64,000 bases of DNA, from assembly GCA_038087875.1 (NCBI GenBank), contig CM075991.1, positions 744,001 through 808,000 on the forward strand. The letters are read 5' to 3'. Made by a program: the position numbers and the translations under genes. The notes beneath the pieces were generated by a model. It did not search any database. It had not been told where the DNA came from and saw only the letters and a list, made by a program, of their open reading frames with translations. The stretch's first letter is position 1; each line of letters starts with the position of its first letter. Of the stretch, positions 12,174 through 25,020 are shown one piece after another. Source of the DNA: Malacoraja senta (taxonomy: Eukaryota).

Positions 12174-13004
12174 GATACAATGATACAATGATACAATTTA
12201 TTTGTTGTCATTTGAACCTAAGTTCAAACGAAATTTGGTTTCTGCAGTCATACAAACAATAAAAAGAACCAAGACACAACACAATTTACACAAACATCCA
12301 TCACAGTGAATCTCCTCCTCACTGTGATGGAAGGCAAAGTCTTGTCTCTCCCCTGCACCCCCCATTCTCCTCCCGATATCAAAGTCAAACCCCCCGGCGG
12401 GCGATGGTAAATATGTCCCGCGGCCATTAAAGACGCGCCGGGCGATGCAAGGCCACGGGTCTTGATGTTGGAGCCCTCGGTAGCGCTAGCAAGTCCCGCG
12501 GCCATTTAAAGCCGCGCCGGGCGATGCAAGACCCTGTTCCATGTCATCTTCAACCCCGCAACTCGGGCGGGAGAGGTTGCCGTTGCGGGAGCCCCGAAAA
12601 GCGGTCTCCCACCAGGGACCCGCAAGCTCCCGATGTCACCGTCCACCGGGCCGGCGGCTGGAGCCTCCGAATCTCCGGGGTCGGGCCGCAGCAGCGCGCC
12701 ACCACAGCTCCTCCCGTTCCGAACTCGGCCAGCCCCACGATGGTGAGTAAGTCCGCCGGCTCCGCGACTGGAGCCCCAGGTCGTTCCGTTGGAGGCCGCT
12801 CCACGGTGCTAGGCCCCAACGACAACGGAGACCCGACAGAGAAAGGTCTGGTCTCCCGTGTAGGGAAAAGATTTTAAAAGTTTCCCCCACCCCACACATA
12901 CCCAGTTAAAAACCCCCACTATAAACGAAACTCAAACGAAAAAATAAAAATAAAAAAGACAGACGGACTGCAGAGGCCGCTGCGACGTGGGTCGCGCCGC
13001 CCAC
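12174..13004 (-). mobile_element. GC-rich non-coding retroposon (family shared with 25021, 32943, 48660)
   Basis: (attgtatc)n tail on the minus strand, conserved hairpin domain at ~12296-12340, internal tandem repeat of ~85 bp; possible TSD CCTTG. Confidence 0.7.
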
Positions 13005-13903
13005 CCTTGTCTCTAGTCATTAATAAATATCAACATCATCAGCGGTCCCCAGAACTGACCAGTGGGGAACACCACTACCTCTGTGAAAAACAACCCTTTA
13101 CCACTGAGCTAAAAATCAAACTGCTGGAGGAACTTAGCAGGTCAGGCAGAATCTGTGGAGGGAAATGTATAGATAAAGTTTCAAGTCAGGACCCTCCTGC
13201 AAGCAACCGTCTATTACTACACTCTGCTTACGCCTTTTCACTGTACCTCGGTACAGGAGACAATAAACTCAAAGACAATTTCTCGCCTGTGGTGCTGGTG
13301 ACACATGAATTTTCGGAGCCATAATCCTGCAATAATAATCTCAGCAATCCACAAAATCACTTGTTTGTTCCTTTGTCAGTTCAAAAATTGGATAATCCCA
13401 ACCAACAATATTCTAATTGGGTTAACAAACAACTAGTGTGAATGGGCAATTGGCGTTTGATGTGCACTTGGTGGGCCAAAGTTTCCATGCTGTAATTCGA
13501 AACTAATGCAGAAAATAGAAACAAGGAACTACAGATGCTGGTTTACAAACAAAGACTCAAAATGCTGAAGTAACTCAGCAGGTCAGGCAGCATCTCAGGA
13601 GAACATGGACAGTGACAATTTGGGGCAGGTCCCAAACTGAAATGTCTATGAACCTATCTGTGTTCTCTAGAAAAGCTGCCTGATCCACCAAGTTACTCTG
13701 GCACTCGTGTCTTTTAATGATGTAGTCGACTTTGGAAATATGAGGAATAAGGATACAAGAAATTCTGGCTGATTAGAAACAGTGGTTTAGACTCAGGGGA
13801 CTAGAGATCAGTCCCAGCATGAAAGCTGTGGAATTTAAAATCAGTTAATGATATAGACTTAAAATAAATGACCATACAGCTCCCTACACATGACTCCAGC
13901 AAT

Positions 13904-15956
13904 AATCAAACCTGCCGACAAGGGAGGTGCCGTGGTAGTCTGGCGTGCTGTGGCCAGGCGACAACTCTCAGACACCTCCTCCTACTTATCCTTGGACTGT
14001 GATCCCACAGACAAGCACCAGGCTTTAAACCCACACACCATTTCTGATTTCATCACTTCTGGCTGTCTGCCTTCCACAGCCTCCAACCTTATCGTTTCCC
14101 AGCCCCGCACAGCCCCGTTTTACCTTCTTCCCAAAATCCACAAACACAACTGCCCTGACAGACCCATTGTTTCTGCCTGCTCCTGTCCCACAGAAATTAT
14201 TTCCACATACCTCGACTCCATCCTATCCCTCCTATTCCAATCTCTCCCAACCTATGTCCAAGATACCTCACATGCCCTTCGTCTCTTCAATGACTTCTGT
14301 TTTCCGAGCCCCCACTACCTCATCTTTACTATGGACGTTCAGTCACTCTACACCTCCATCCCCCACCAGGAAGGCCTGAAAGCCCTCCGTTTCTTCCTCG
14401 AACGCAGAACCATTAGATTTCCCTCTACTAACACTCTACTAGTGGAGCTGGTCCTTACCCTCAACAACTTCTCCTTCGACCCCTCCCACCTCTTCCAAGT
14501 CCAAGGCGTAGCTATGGGCACCCGCATGGGCCCCTACTACGCCTGCCTCTTTGTAGGGTACGTTGAACAATCCCTGTTCCAGGCATACACTGGCCCTATC
14601 CCCAAACTCTATCTCCGTTACATTGATGACTGCATCGTTGCTACCTCCTACACCCATGCAGCTCATGGACTTTATCAACTTCACCACCAATTTCCATCCT
14701 GCAAAGACTCTATCCTCTACTCCCAATTCCTCCGTCTACGCCGCATCTGCGCCCGAGATGAGGTGTTCCATACTAGAACATCCGAGATGTCCTCATTCTT
14801 TAGGGAATAGGGGTTCCCCTCTCCCATCATAGATGAGGCCCTCACTCATGTCTCCTCTGTACTCCACATCTCAGGCCTTGATGCCCGTCCCCCTAGTCGC
14901 AACAGACAGTCTCCCGAGTCACATCTTCCACCCCATCAGCCGTCGCATACAACACATAATCCTCTGAAATTTCTGCCACCTCCAATGGGATCCCACCACT
15001 AGTTACATTTTCCCATCTCCACCCCTTTCTGCATTCCGCGGAGGCCGTTCCCTCCGTAACTCCCTGGTTAACTCATCCCTTCAAGGGTTTCGACCCGAAA
15101 TGTCACCCATTCCTTTTCTCCAGAGATGTTGCCTGTCCCGCTGAGTTACTCCAGCTTTTTGTGTCCGTCTTCGGTTTAAACCAGCATCTGCAGTTCCTTC
15201 GTACACATTAACTTATCCCTTCCCACCCAAAACCACCCTCTCCCCAGGTACCTTCCCCTGCAACCGCAGAAGATGCAACACCTGTCCCTATACCTCCTCC
15301 CTCGACTCTGTCCAGGGACCCCGACAGTCCTTTCAAGTTAGGCAGAGGTTCACTTGCACCTCCTCCAACCTCATCTACTGTTCCATTGTTCAAGATGTGG
15401 ACTCTTATACACCAGTGAGACCAAACCTAGACTGGGCGATCGTTTCACTGAACACCTTCGCTCAGCCTGCCTGGACCTACCAGATCCCCCGGTTGCTGGA
15501 CACTTTAATTCCCCTTCCCATTCCCACACTGACCTTTCTGTCCTAGGTCTCCTCCATTGTCAGAGTGAGGCTAAACGCAAATTGGAGGAATAGCATCTCA
15601 TATTTTGCTTGGGCAACTTACAGCCCAGTGGTATGAATATTGATTTCTCTAACTTCAGGTAGCCCCGGCATTCCCTCTCTCTAACCCTCCCCCACCCAAG
15701 TCACACCAGCTTCTCGTTTTCACCCAACAAACAACTAACAATGGCCTGTTCCCTTTAGTATCGTAACTTTTTTGCATATGTTTTATTCATCGTCGATATC
15801 TCTCGTTTCCCTTATCCCTAACCAGTCTGAAGAAGGGTCTTGACCAGAAACTTCACCAATTCCTTCTGTACAGAGATGCCGCCTTTCCCGCTGAGTTACT
15901 CCAGCTTTTTGTGTCTATCTTCGGTTTAAACCAGCATCTGCAGTTCCTTCCCACGC
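13904..15956 (+). mobile_element. Neptune-type Penelope-like retroelement, 5'-truncated and decayed
   Basis: RT motifs IIKPADKGGAVVVW, LLPKIHK, RPIVS, MDVQSLYTSIPH, QGVAMG, YLRYIDD; Cys linker CNRRRCNTC; GIY-YIG relic; terminal HHR unit; TSD ACTCCAGCAAT (13893-13903, 15957-15967). Frameshift and internal deletion near 14660-14700. Confidence 0.92.
15083..15207 (+). mobile_element. solo PLE terminal unit inserted inside the PLE ORF
   Basis: TSD TTAACT(C/T)ATCCCTTC at 15068-15082 and 15208-15222. Confidence 0.85.
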
Positions 15957-16533
15957 ACTCCAGCAATGTGGTCAGCACTGAAATGTACTTTGAAATGTCC
16001 TAGAGAGCCGCTTGATGCAGGAGTATGTAGAGATGGGTTATAAATGCTTGACTTGCCACTGATGTGCACATCCCCAAAGCATTGATGTCATGCTTAGTCT
16101 TGAATTTGATGTAGTCCACATTCAGGTGCCATGTTCCTTCTCACAGGCAGAAGCATGCTTCAATTTAAGTAAAATCTTTCAAAAGAACAAAGTGAAAAAG
16201 CGCAGTTTCCCGGAACTGCGGATGCTGGTTAACTAACAGAAGGATACAGTGCTGGACTAACTCAGCGGTTCAGGCAGCTTCCCTGGAGAACATGGAGAGG
16301 TGACGTTTCAGGACGAGACCCTGCTTCAGAATTAGAAATTCTGTCTGAAGGATCCTGAACCAAAATGTCACCAACCCATGTTCTCCACTGATATTGCCTG
16401 ATCCGCTAAGTTACCTCAGCACTTTGTCTTTTTGTGAAAAAGAGCAGATTTTAGTTGCTCGCCAAGTTGAGGGTATATGTAGTGCAGAGGTTACTCATCC
16501 TTCTCAATGGCAGTGTTGTGTTTTCTGTTCCAG

Positions 16534-16831
16534 GTATTATAGAGAAGGAGCCCACATCTCTGGAGGAGGAAATAAAGGAGATGAGGAGGAGCGGGAGCAA
16601 CAGAGCCCTGGACAGTCGGGAGTTTGAAATGTCTGATATCTTCTACTTCTGCAGGAAGGGTGTCGAGACCATTGTGGATGACGAAGTAACAAAGCGATTT
16701 TCCGCAGAGGAATTAGAGTCTTGGAATTTGTTGACAAGAACAAACAATAACTTTCAATACATCAGCCTTCGTCTGACTATTCTCTGGGGACTGGGTGTTT
16801 TTGTACGATACTGCTTTCTACTTCCACTGAG
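16534..16831 (+). CDS. GPAT4: GPAT4 coding exon
   Basis: ttttctgttccag| ... |gtgggt; encodes GIIEKEPTSLEEEIKEMRRSGSNRALDSREFEMSDIFYFCRKG...RYCFLLPLR. The PTSLEEEIKE..RRSGS segment is GPAT4-type, not GPAT3-type. 298 nt, phase 1-2. Confidence 0.95.
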
Positions 16832-17456
16832 GTGGGTATAACTGTGATGTGCTCCTGTGTCCAGTTGGTGCTGCTGGATTGAGACTTGTTCATGCAGCAT
16901 TACATGCTCCTGATATTTGTAAAAGTACATTCAGCACAAAATGAACAGAATCTTTTGCAGCTTCTTGGAATTTCTCCAGGATTTTGGATAGCTTTTATAT
17001 GAAACACCATAAGCTGGACTTGCGTTTACTTTAGGATGTTTTGATTGGAAGTATATCCAGCGTATAGACACACAGCCAACCAGTGATCTCTGGAAAAACT
17101 TGTATATGTGAGCAAGGGGTTAGGATGAGTAGCTGTGTGAGTGAGCAGCTTATTGCTTCACCATCCCCCATGCACATTTTCTGCATTCCATTTCCCTTCA
17201 GTAGTTTTGATGTCCACAGCATTCATTTCCTCTGTTGCAAGGTGGTCGAAAGTCTGTATCATTGAAAAATGCAACTGGTTATTTCCGAGCCCCTGTGGCT
17301 GGCTGTATGGTAAATCCTATCCCAAAAGTTAAAGGCAAACCATGAAAAATATTGTTTTTTGATATACTACTTGATAATTTATCTTGTGGTTTGAAAGCTG
17401 ACTAAATCAGACTGTTAGAGCATCCTAGATGCATATATGATATAGACCCTTTAGCA

Positions 17457-17631
17457 GGACAGGCAGCATTTCTGGCGAGAAGGAATGGGTGACGTTTCAG
17501 GGTCTGAAGAAAGGTCTTGACCCGAAACGTCACCCATTCCTTCTCTCCAGAGATGCTGCCTATCCCACTGAGTTACTCCAGTATTTTGTGTCTATCTTCA
17601 GTTTAAACCAACATCTGCAGTTCCTTCCTAC
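17457..17631. mobile_element. palindromic PLE HHR element
   Basis: Short antisense arm plus full sense unit; TSD ATAGA(C/T)CCTTTAGCA at 17442-17456 and 17632-17646. Confidence 0.8.
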
Positions 17632-18605
17632 ATAGATCCTTTAGCATCCTCATATCCTAGATTAAAACAGAAGATTAGAGCACATAAAGGGTGGTGGGTA
17701 TATGGAATGAGTTGCCAGAGGAAGTGATTGAGGCAGGTACACTAACAACATTTGAAAGACACTTTGATGAGTATATGGTTAGGAAAGGATTAGCGATGAT
17801 CACAATGAATGGCGGTGCTGGCTCGAAGGGCCGAATGGCCTCCTACTGCACCTATTTTCTATGTTTCTATGATTAGAGGGATATTGGGCAGGTGGGACTA
17901 GCATAGATAGGGCATCTGGGTTGGCATGGATGAAAGGTGTGTTTCCATGCTGTTGACTATGACTGTAAAAGCATCTTTTTACCCGTTGAGACCCAGATTT
18001 CAGCAGAGGATAGATAAAACTTTAATACTCGCAATAAAAGCATGGATCATGAAGTGTATTCAGATTCTCATACCCAGTGATAACCCCAGTGTACACCAGT
18101 ACTGGAGCCTTGCAAAGTATTTGGTAGCTACTACTTTTTCTTCAAAGAGAAATTGGGTTAGGATTGGAAATGTAGCTTTGCATGGCAATAAGTGATGGAG
18201 ACGGATACGATATTGCTAACTGATTTAAGATTAACCATCGCATAAAATGCGAAATGGCAAATACATGGTTGGAAAATTTGGCTCGTTAGTATTTATAATG
18301 ACAAGAAGAAGGATTTCATAACAGAGTGCACACATACATCATTTTTTTATTTTAGGCCTTGCCTGTAGCTCAGGACTTTAGATCTTCCATGGCTCGGTAT
18401 CATCCTCATGGAGTTGGCCGATTCCTTAATTCCAGTGTCAGCCGGAGATGGCCAGTGGTGAGGGCACCACCATGAGGGATAAACCTACTTGGCCCCATAT
18501 TTGGATGTTGAAGATGCATCTATTTGTGACTGTTGGCAGGGCTGATCACTGCATCGCTCTTGTGCCTGCAAAGCCACATCCTCAAAATGAGATCAATCTC
18601 TGCCA

Positions 18606-19446
18606 TAGACACAAAGCGCCAGAGTAATGGAGGAGGCCCAGGACAGAAAGGTCAGATTGGGAATGGGAGGGGGAGTTGAAATGCTGAGCCACCGGGAGAT
18701 CAGGTCGGTTAAGACGGACTGAGCGGAGGTGTTCAGTGAAACGATCGCCGAGCCTGCCCTTGGTCTCGCCGATGTAGAGAAGTTGACACCTGGAACAGCG
18801 GATACAGTAGATGAGGTTGGAGGAGGTGCAAATGAACCTCTGCCTCACGTGGAAAGACTGTTTGGGTCCTTGGATGGAGTCGAGGGGGAAGGTAAAGGGA
18901 CAGGTGTTGCATCTCCTGCGGTTGCAGGGGAAAGTACCTGGCGAGGGGGTGGTTTGGGTGGGAAGGGACGAGTTGACCAATGAGTTTCAGAGGAAACGGT
19001 CTCTGCGAAAGCAGAGAGGGGTGGAGATGGGAAGATGTGGTCAGTAGTGGGATCCCGTTGGAGGTGGCAAAAATGTTGGGCCTTTTTGTCCTGGGCCTCC
19101 TCCATTGTCAGAGTAAGGCCCAGCGCAAATTGGAGGAACAGCACCTCATATTTTGCTTGGGTAGCTTACACCCCAGTGGTATGAACATTGACTTCTCTAA
19201 CTTCAAATAGCCCTCGCTTTCCCTCTCTCTCCATCCCCTCCCCCTTCCCAGTTCTCCCAACAGACTTACTGTTTACGACTACGTTCTATCTTTGTCCTGC
19301 CCCCTCCCCAGACATCTGAAGAAGGGTCTCGACCCGAAACGTCACCCATTCCTTTTCTTCAGAGATGCTGCCTGTCCCGCTGAGTTACTCCAGCACTTTG
19401 TGTCTACCTTCAATTTAAACCAGCGTCTGCAGCTCTTTCCTACACA
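18606..19446. mobile_element. Penelope-like element with inverted 5' segment (GIY-YIG on minus strand, 3' end on plus strand)
   Basis: Minus ORF 18582-18980: FPCNRRRCNTCP...CTSSNLIYCIRCSRCQLLYIGETKGRLGDRFTEHLRS; switch to plus strand near 19080; intact HHR core at 19316-19343. Confidence 0.88.
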
Positions 19447-19899
19447 AATGAAATATGAGGCTCTGTCATATTCTGTGACAATACATTGAGCTGATTGAGA
19501 GATTTAGAATGAGTATTGCAATCAGCACAAGATACTACTGAGGCATCACGTCAGAGGGCCGAGCCAGAGTGGTTTATTGTGTGTCAACAGGCAAACCAGG
19601 ACAGGCACTGTGCATGGGATGGCAGACTGGCCAAGGTGTCCAGCCACATCTAGTCATACATAGATGGTAGACAGTTGTGCACAAAACAGCAAAGGGTGCA
19701 TGGAATATTCCACCAAGTGTCCACCCAAGCACCAGATCAGATCAGAGCCCTGCAGTCCAGCCGCACCTAGTCATACGTAGGTGGTAGAGAGTTCAGCACC
19801 TCATGGAAAGAGGTTGTTTCTAGAACAAGCACCTTGGTGATGGCCTCCCTGGACATTCAGCTGCATTATGCTGGACAGGTGCACCACGTGCAGAGGCAA

Positions 19900-21580
19900 A
19901 ACTCTAACTTTACCGCCGAGTCCGTGCCGACCAGCGACACTATGGTAGACACAAAATGCTGGAGTAACTCAGCGGGACAAGCAGCATCTCTGGAGAGAAG
20001 GAGATGCTGCTTGTCCCGCTGAGTTACTCCAACATTTTGTGCACCTCCGATTTAAACCAGCATCTACAGTTCTTTCCTATCACGTACACTATCCTGCAAA
20101 CTAGGGACAAAATTTCCAGAGACCAATTAACCTACAAACCTGTACATCTTTTGAGTGTGGGAGGAAACGGAGCACCCGGAGAAAACCCACACGGTCACAG
20201 GGAGAACGTACAAACTCTGTACAGACTGCATCTGTAGTCAGGATCAAACCCAGGTGTCTGGCGCTGTAAAGAAGTAACTGCCTCCCAAATCTGCCAACTT
20301 TGGGTTTTGCTTGCACTACTCGGCTACATAGCTTTGGATTTAACATGGATGGTGGTGCAGCTAATAGAGCAGCAACATCACAGCGCTAGAGACCTGGGAA
20401 TGATCCTGACCTCGGCTGCTGTCTGTGTGACGACAACTATCTTTGGCCTGAAATGCTGAATGGCTGATCTGTCTTGCTGTTTTCCTGAAGAATTACTTAA
20501 AATGAACCAATCTTAAACCAATTTGGTTATCAAACAAAGGCAAGGATACTGGATGATATTGACCTGCCGGTATTTCTCTGACTGTTGCTGATGATTGCTC
20601 ATCTGGAACTAACAGCCCCTCTAGTTATTCCACAATTAGCATCGCTGTTACAATCCAATTCCAATCCTGATATCTGTTCTTCAGTGCAGAAATGTGCCTG
20701 AGCACATTATTTACAGTAATGGCTAATTGCTGTCTACAATTTTTTCAATCGTCAGCATAGTACTACTGATAGCACCATTAAACACATGCTCATTGATCTT
20801 TAGACTTAAGAAACAGCGTGGAAACAGGCCCTTCTGCCCACCACGCTGATCTGCGATCACCCCATACACTAGCACTATCCTAAACACTAGGGACAATTTA
20901 CAATTTACAGAGGCCGGTTTAACCCACAAACCTGTACGTCTTTGGGGTGTGGGAGCACCTGGAGAATACCCACATGTTCACAAACTCCGTACAAACTGCA
21001 CCCGTAGTCAGGATTGAACCCAGGTTTGAACCGCTGCGCCACCGTGCCGCCCAAATCTGCTAGCTTTTGAGTTTTGCTTGCACCATGCAGCTACATAACA
21101 TAGGATTTAACATGGATGAAAAATAGTATAGTGGTGCAGCTGGTAGAACCGCAGCATCACAGCGCTAGAGATCTGGGTACGATCCGGACCTTGGGTGCTG
21201 TCTGTGTGAAGTTTACACATTTTCCCTGTGACTGCATGGGTTTCCTCCGAGTGCTCCGGATTCCTCCCACATCCCAAAGACGTGGGCTTGTAGGTTAATT
21301 GGCCGCTGTAATTATCCCCAGTGTATAGGGAGTGGATGCAAATGTGGGATAACATAGAACTAGTGTGTGTAAGAAGGAACTGCAGATGCTGGTTTAAACC
21401 GAAGATAGACACAAAATGCTGGAGTAACTCAGCAGGACAGGCAACATCTCTGGAGAGAAGGAATCAGTGACGTTTCAGGTCAAGACCCTTCTTCAGACCC
21501 TGAATGGGTGATTGATAGTGTGGACTCGGTGGGACGAAGAGGCTGTTTCAATGCTGTATCTTTCAATCAATCAAAATCAA
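19900..21580. mobile_element. cluster of V-SINEs (-,+,-,+) with nested PLE units
   Basis: SINE pieces at ~19900-20285(-), 20346-20430(+), 20800-21052(-), 21130-21580(+); PLE units at ~19944-20082 and ~21366-21498. Confidence 0.75.
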
Positions 21581-22064
21581 GGAGCCTAAATAAAATAAAG
21601 TAAATAGAAATCAAGGATTAAACTCCATTGATTAAAGTCTCATCTTGCATGAAGATAGATGGAGCCCAACCCTCTCAGCCCTGGGCACTGGTGTGAGATA
21701 ATGCCTGGAGGGACTCGTATGTCCATCCATCTTTAGCTGCTCCGTTATAAGTTCACAGGTGGAGATGTTTGTGGGAACATCATCGACATTAAGTTCCATC
21801 CTCGGTTCCTTTGATAAAGGAGTGTTCTAGGTTTCCATGCTCCCAAGATTTGAGCAACGTTCAGGCCAGGTCTGGTAAGTGTTGAGTCACATTAGTGCCC
21901 CAGGAGTGGTCAGTAAGAGAGAGAGTCAAAGCACATCACTTGAGGTTCAGCTGCATAAACCGGCTGAATCCTCCTCCCGCCAACAACATGAGACTCACAA
22001 TTCACCACCCACTTGTTTTAGTCACATTAATATTTGCAGTTCAAAGAACGATTCATATGCTGGA

Positions 22065-22267
22065 GATAGACACAAAATGCTGGAGTAACGCAGTGGGACA
22101 GGCAGCATCTCTGGAGAGAAGAAATAGGTGACGTTTCAGGTCGAGACCCTTCGTCATGGTTGAGACCCTTCTTGTCTCTCCAGAGATGCTGCCTGTCCTG
22201 CTGAATTACTCCAGCAATTAGTGTCTACCTTCGGTTTAAACCAGCTTCTGCAGTTCCTTTCCACACA
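22065..22267. mobile_element. palindromic PLE terminal-unit element
   Basis: Antisense arm starting gatagacacaaaatg, sense arm ending ccacaca; TSD GATTCA(T/A)ATGCTGGA at 22050-22064 and 22268-22282. Confidence 0.82.
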
Positions 22268-22310
22268 GATTCAAATGCTGGATACACCGGGACCAGTAAT
22301 TGCCTGCTGA

Positions 22311-22786
22311 AGGGCCTGTCCCACTTGGCCGTCATTTGCGCGGCATTTACGCGACCTCCAAAAATGTGGTCGTCGCGTTGTGACGTACGGGTAGCGTGTG
22401 GGTAGCGCGGGACGGCCACATGGAGAGGCGTGGAGGAGTGTGGAGTTGCGCGAGGTATCACGTGGCGCTCCAGGATTTCGTGCTGCACGAAATCCTCGCG
22501 CGCCACCCGCATGACATATCGCGTACGCATGCTGGAGTATTGGGTACGCACGCTGACGCATTGGCGTCGCACGCTGGCGTCCCGACGTCTCAGTGTATCG
22601 CGTGGTGACGTATGGTTACGTCACCATGCGTCGCCGCGTGCCGCAGGGTATTCTAATGACGTCACGTGCACCAGATGGCATGATGATGCGTGATTTGCGC
22701 GCGACATCGCGCATAACGTCGCGTCGACCTATTTTACATATGACACGTAAATGAGGCGCAAATGACGGCCAAGTGGGACAGGCCCT
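22311..22786. mobile_element. MITE, PIF/Harbinger-like (related to 8815-9053)
   Basis: Perfect 31-bp TIR AGGGCCTGTCCCACTTGGCCGTCATTTGCGC; TSD TGA (22308-22310, 22787-22789). Confidence 0.88.
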
Positions 22787-24445
22787 TGACTTGAAAGCTT
22801 TGTCGCCATTCACAAGGCGGGAGTCTGGAGTACGCTCCCCTTTCCTGGATATGTGCAGATTCAAAAATATGTGCCATTCATTAGACATGGAGGCGGGACA
22901 AGACCATTCGCTACTTCAGCCTCTGACGCCAACATTCAACATCAATCTGATCTTGTACATCAGCACCATTTTCATGACAGGCATGGAATCACATGGCACA
23001 GAAACATATCTTTGATCTTTGAAGAAGGGTCTCGACCAGGAAACATCGCCTATTCCTTCTCTCCAAAGATGCTGCCTCACCCGCTGAGTTTCTCCAGCAT
23101 TTTTGTCTATCTTTGATCTACCATGTTCATGCTGACTTCTGAGTGCCTATTTTTTTTATTAATTACGTTTTCCTGACCTTGGCTGTAGCCTTCAAGGCTC
23201 CTCATGTGCTCATTTGCTTATTCCTAAAACATTGCGAATTTCTGCCTCTATCAAGCCTTGGATAGTGTGTTCCAGATTCCTTCCATCTTTGGGTGAATGT
23301 CTTCCTCACATCCCCTCTTCAACTCTCCCCTTAACTTGAACTATGCCCTTTGGTTTTATGCAGCTTCGAACTCAAGAAAATAGGTTCTTGATGTGCCTTA
23401 TATGCTATAGGTAAAGGTTTATTATTTACCCCTTGTCCCTTAATTTTAAATACCTCAATTAGCCTCCCAAGGAAGGAGATTCAGCCTATCCAAAATGTCA
23501 AACAAAACACTCCATTCCAGACAACATTCTGTATATCTCCATTGTACCCTCTTCAGTTAAACAAATCCTTTCTAAAATACAGCGCAGCAGAACTATACAC
23601 TGGACCCAATCTCTGGCCAAGGTTTTATGAAGTTGTGATAATCACCCAGACTGTTTTATTCTATGCTCAAGCTCAGTATGTTGCCTTCATCAACTTACCC
23701 AACTATACTGCCATTTTCAGGAGGGATCACTGTTCCCTAACCCCCCCTACTAGAGGTCAATCATTCACTGTGTATACCCCAGCTTTATCCATCCTCTGAA
23801 AATGCATCACCTCACACTCATCAAGATGAAATACCATGCACTATTGCACTGCTCATCATGCACACTGATCGATGATGCGCAGTAGTTCAAGACTGCCCCC
23901 CTCATTAGCAACAACAACTCCACTCTAGTGCCATTACTATTCCTACCCCCTACAGCATATTCATATCTAACTTGATAATACATATGGCCAAGCACCAATC
24001 CCTGTAGCACACCATTGGGCACAGGCTTCCAGTCACAGAAGCACTCCATTTGCTGATCGCTTGCACTTGGTCTGCTGCATACTACTGGATCTGCCATTCA
24101 CAAACTATTTTAATTCCCAATTCAAATACTGACCTTTTCGGGGCCTCCTCCATTGCCAGAGTGAGACCATACACTAACTGGATGAATAATAACAATTTAT
24201 ATTCTGCTTGGGTAGCTTACAATCCAACGGTGTGAACATTTAGTGTAGGAAGGAACTTGCAGATGCTGGGTTAAATCACAGAGTAACTTAGCGGGATAGG
24301 CAGCATCTCTGGAGAGAAGGAATGGTGACATTTTGGGTCGAGACCCTTGTTCAGATTGGCTGAACAAAGTTGCAACAAACCCAATCATTATTTTTTGCTA
24401 GTTTACACACATGCTCTATCTTCTTTCTCTTTATAATTTTTGTTG

Positions 24446-24795
24446 GTCATAGAGTCATAGAGTGATACATTGTGGAAACAGGCCCAACTTGCTCACACCA
24501 TTCAAGCCAACCTGTTCCAGCTACACCAATCCCACCTGCCCGCATTTGGTCCATATCCCTCCAAACTTGTCCTATCCATTGTACCTAGTCTAACTGTTTC
24601 TTAAACGTTGGGATAGTCCCACCCTCAACTACCTCCTCCGGCAGCTTGTTCCATACACCCACCACCCTATGTGTGAAAATGTTACCCCTTTTCCTCTTCA
24701 CCTTGAAGGTATGTCCTCTGTTCCTCGATTCCCCAACTCTTGGCAAGAGATTCTGTGCATCTACCCAATTTATTCCTCTCATGATTTTATACACA
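24446..24795 (-). mobile_element. CR1/HER1-like LINE 3' fragment
   Basis: Minus ORF YKIMRGINWVDAQNLLPRVGESRNRGH...WNKLPEEVVE...FKKQLD plus (ctatga) tail. Confidence 0.85.
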
Positions 24796-25020
24796 TAAGT
24801 ATACACAAAAGGTCTAAAATCTCTAAAATGTCCCTGTTCTACCACTAATCTTTCCAACATTGCATGATTTTTCTTTTATTTCACATTGACACCATCTTTA
24901 ACTTATTTAGTTGTCCACACATGGTGCATTCTTCTTGCACAGCGTTCCTTCTATGGAATATCCCTTGGAATGTGAAATATCTGCTTAAATGCTTTCCATT
25001 GCTGATCCCCCTGAACTATT

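Noticed and set aside
13890..14810. 306-aa RT ORF as an active or domesticated retroelement gene
   Set aside because: 5'-truncated, frameshifted after YIDD, internal deletion near 14700, nested insertion and stops downstream.
16455..16841. ORF-track extensions around exons (also 30694, 38709, 50611) as longer coding exons
   Set aside because: Homology stops exactly at canonical splice sites; the extensions are chance open intronic frames.
18356..18457. Possible 102-nt cassette exon (ttttttattttag| ... |gtgagg)
   Set aside because: In the GPAT4 frame it hits TAG within a few codons, it overlaps an old LINE relic, and the protein is complete without it; no evidence of use.
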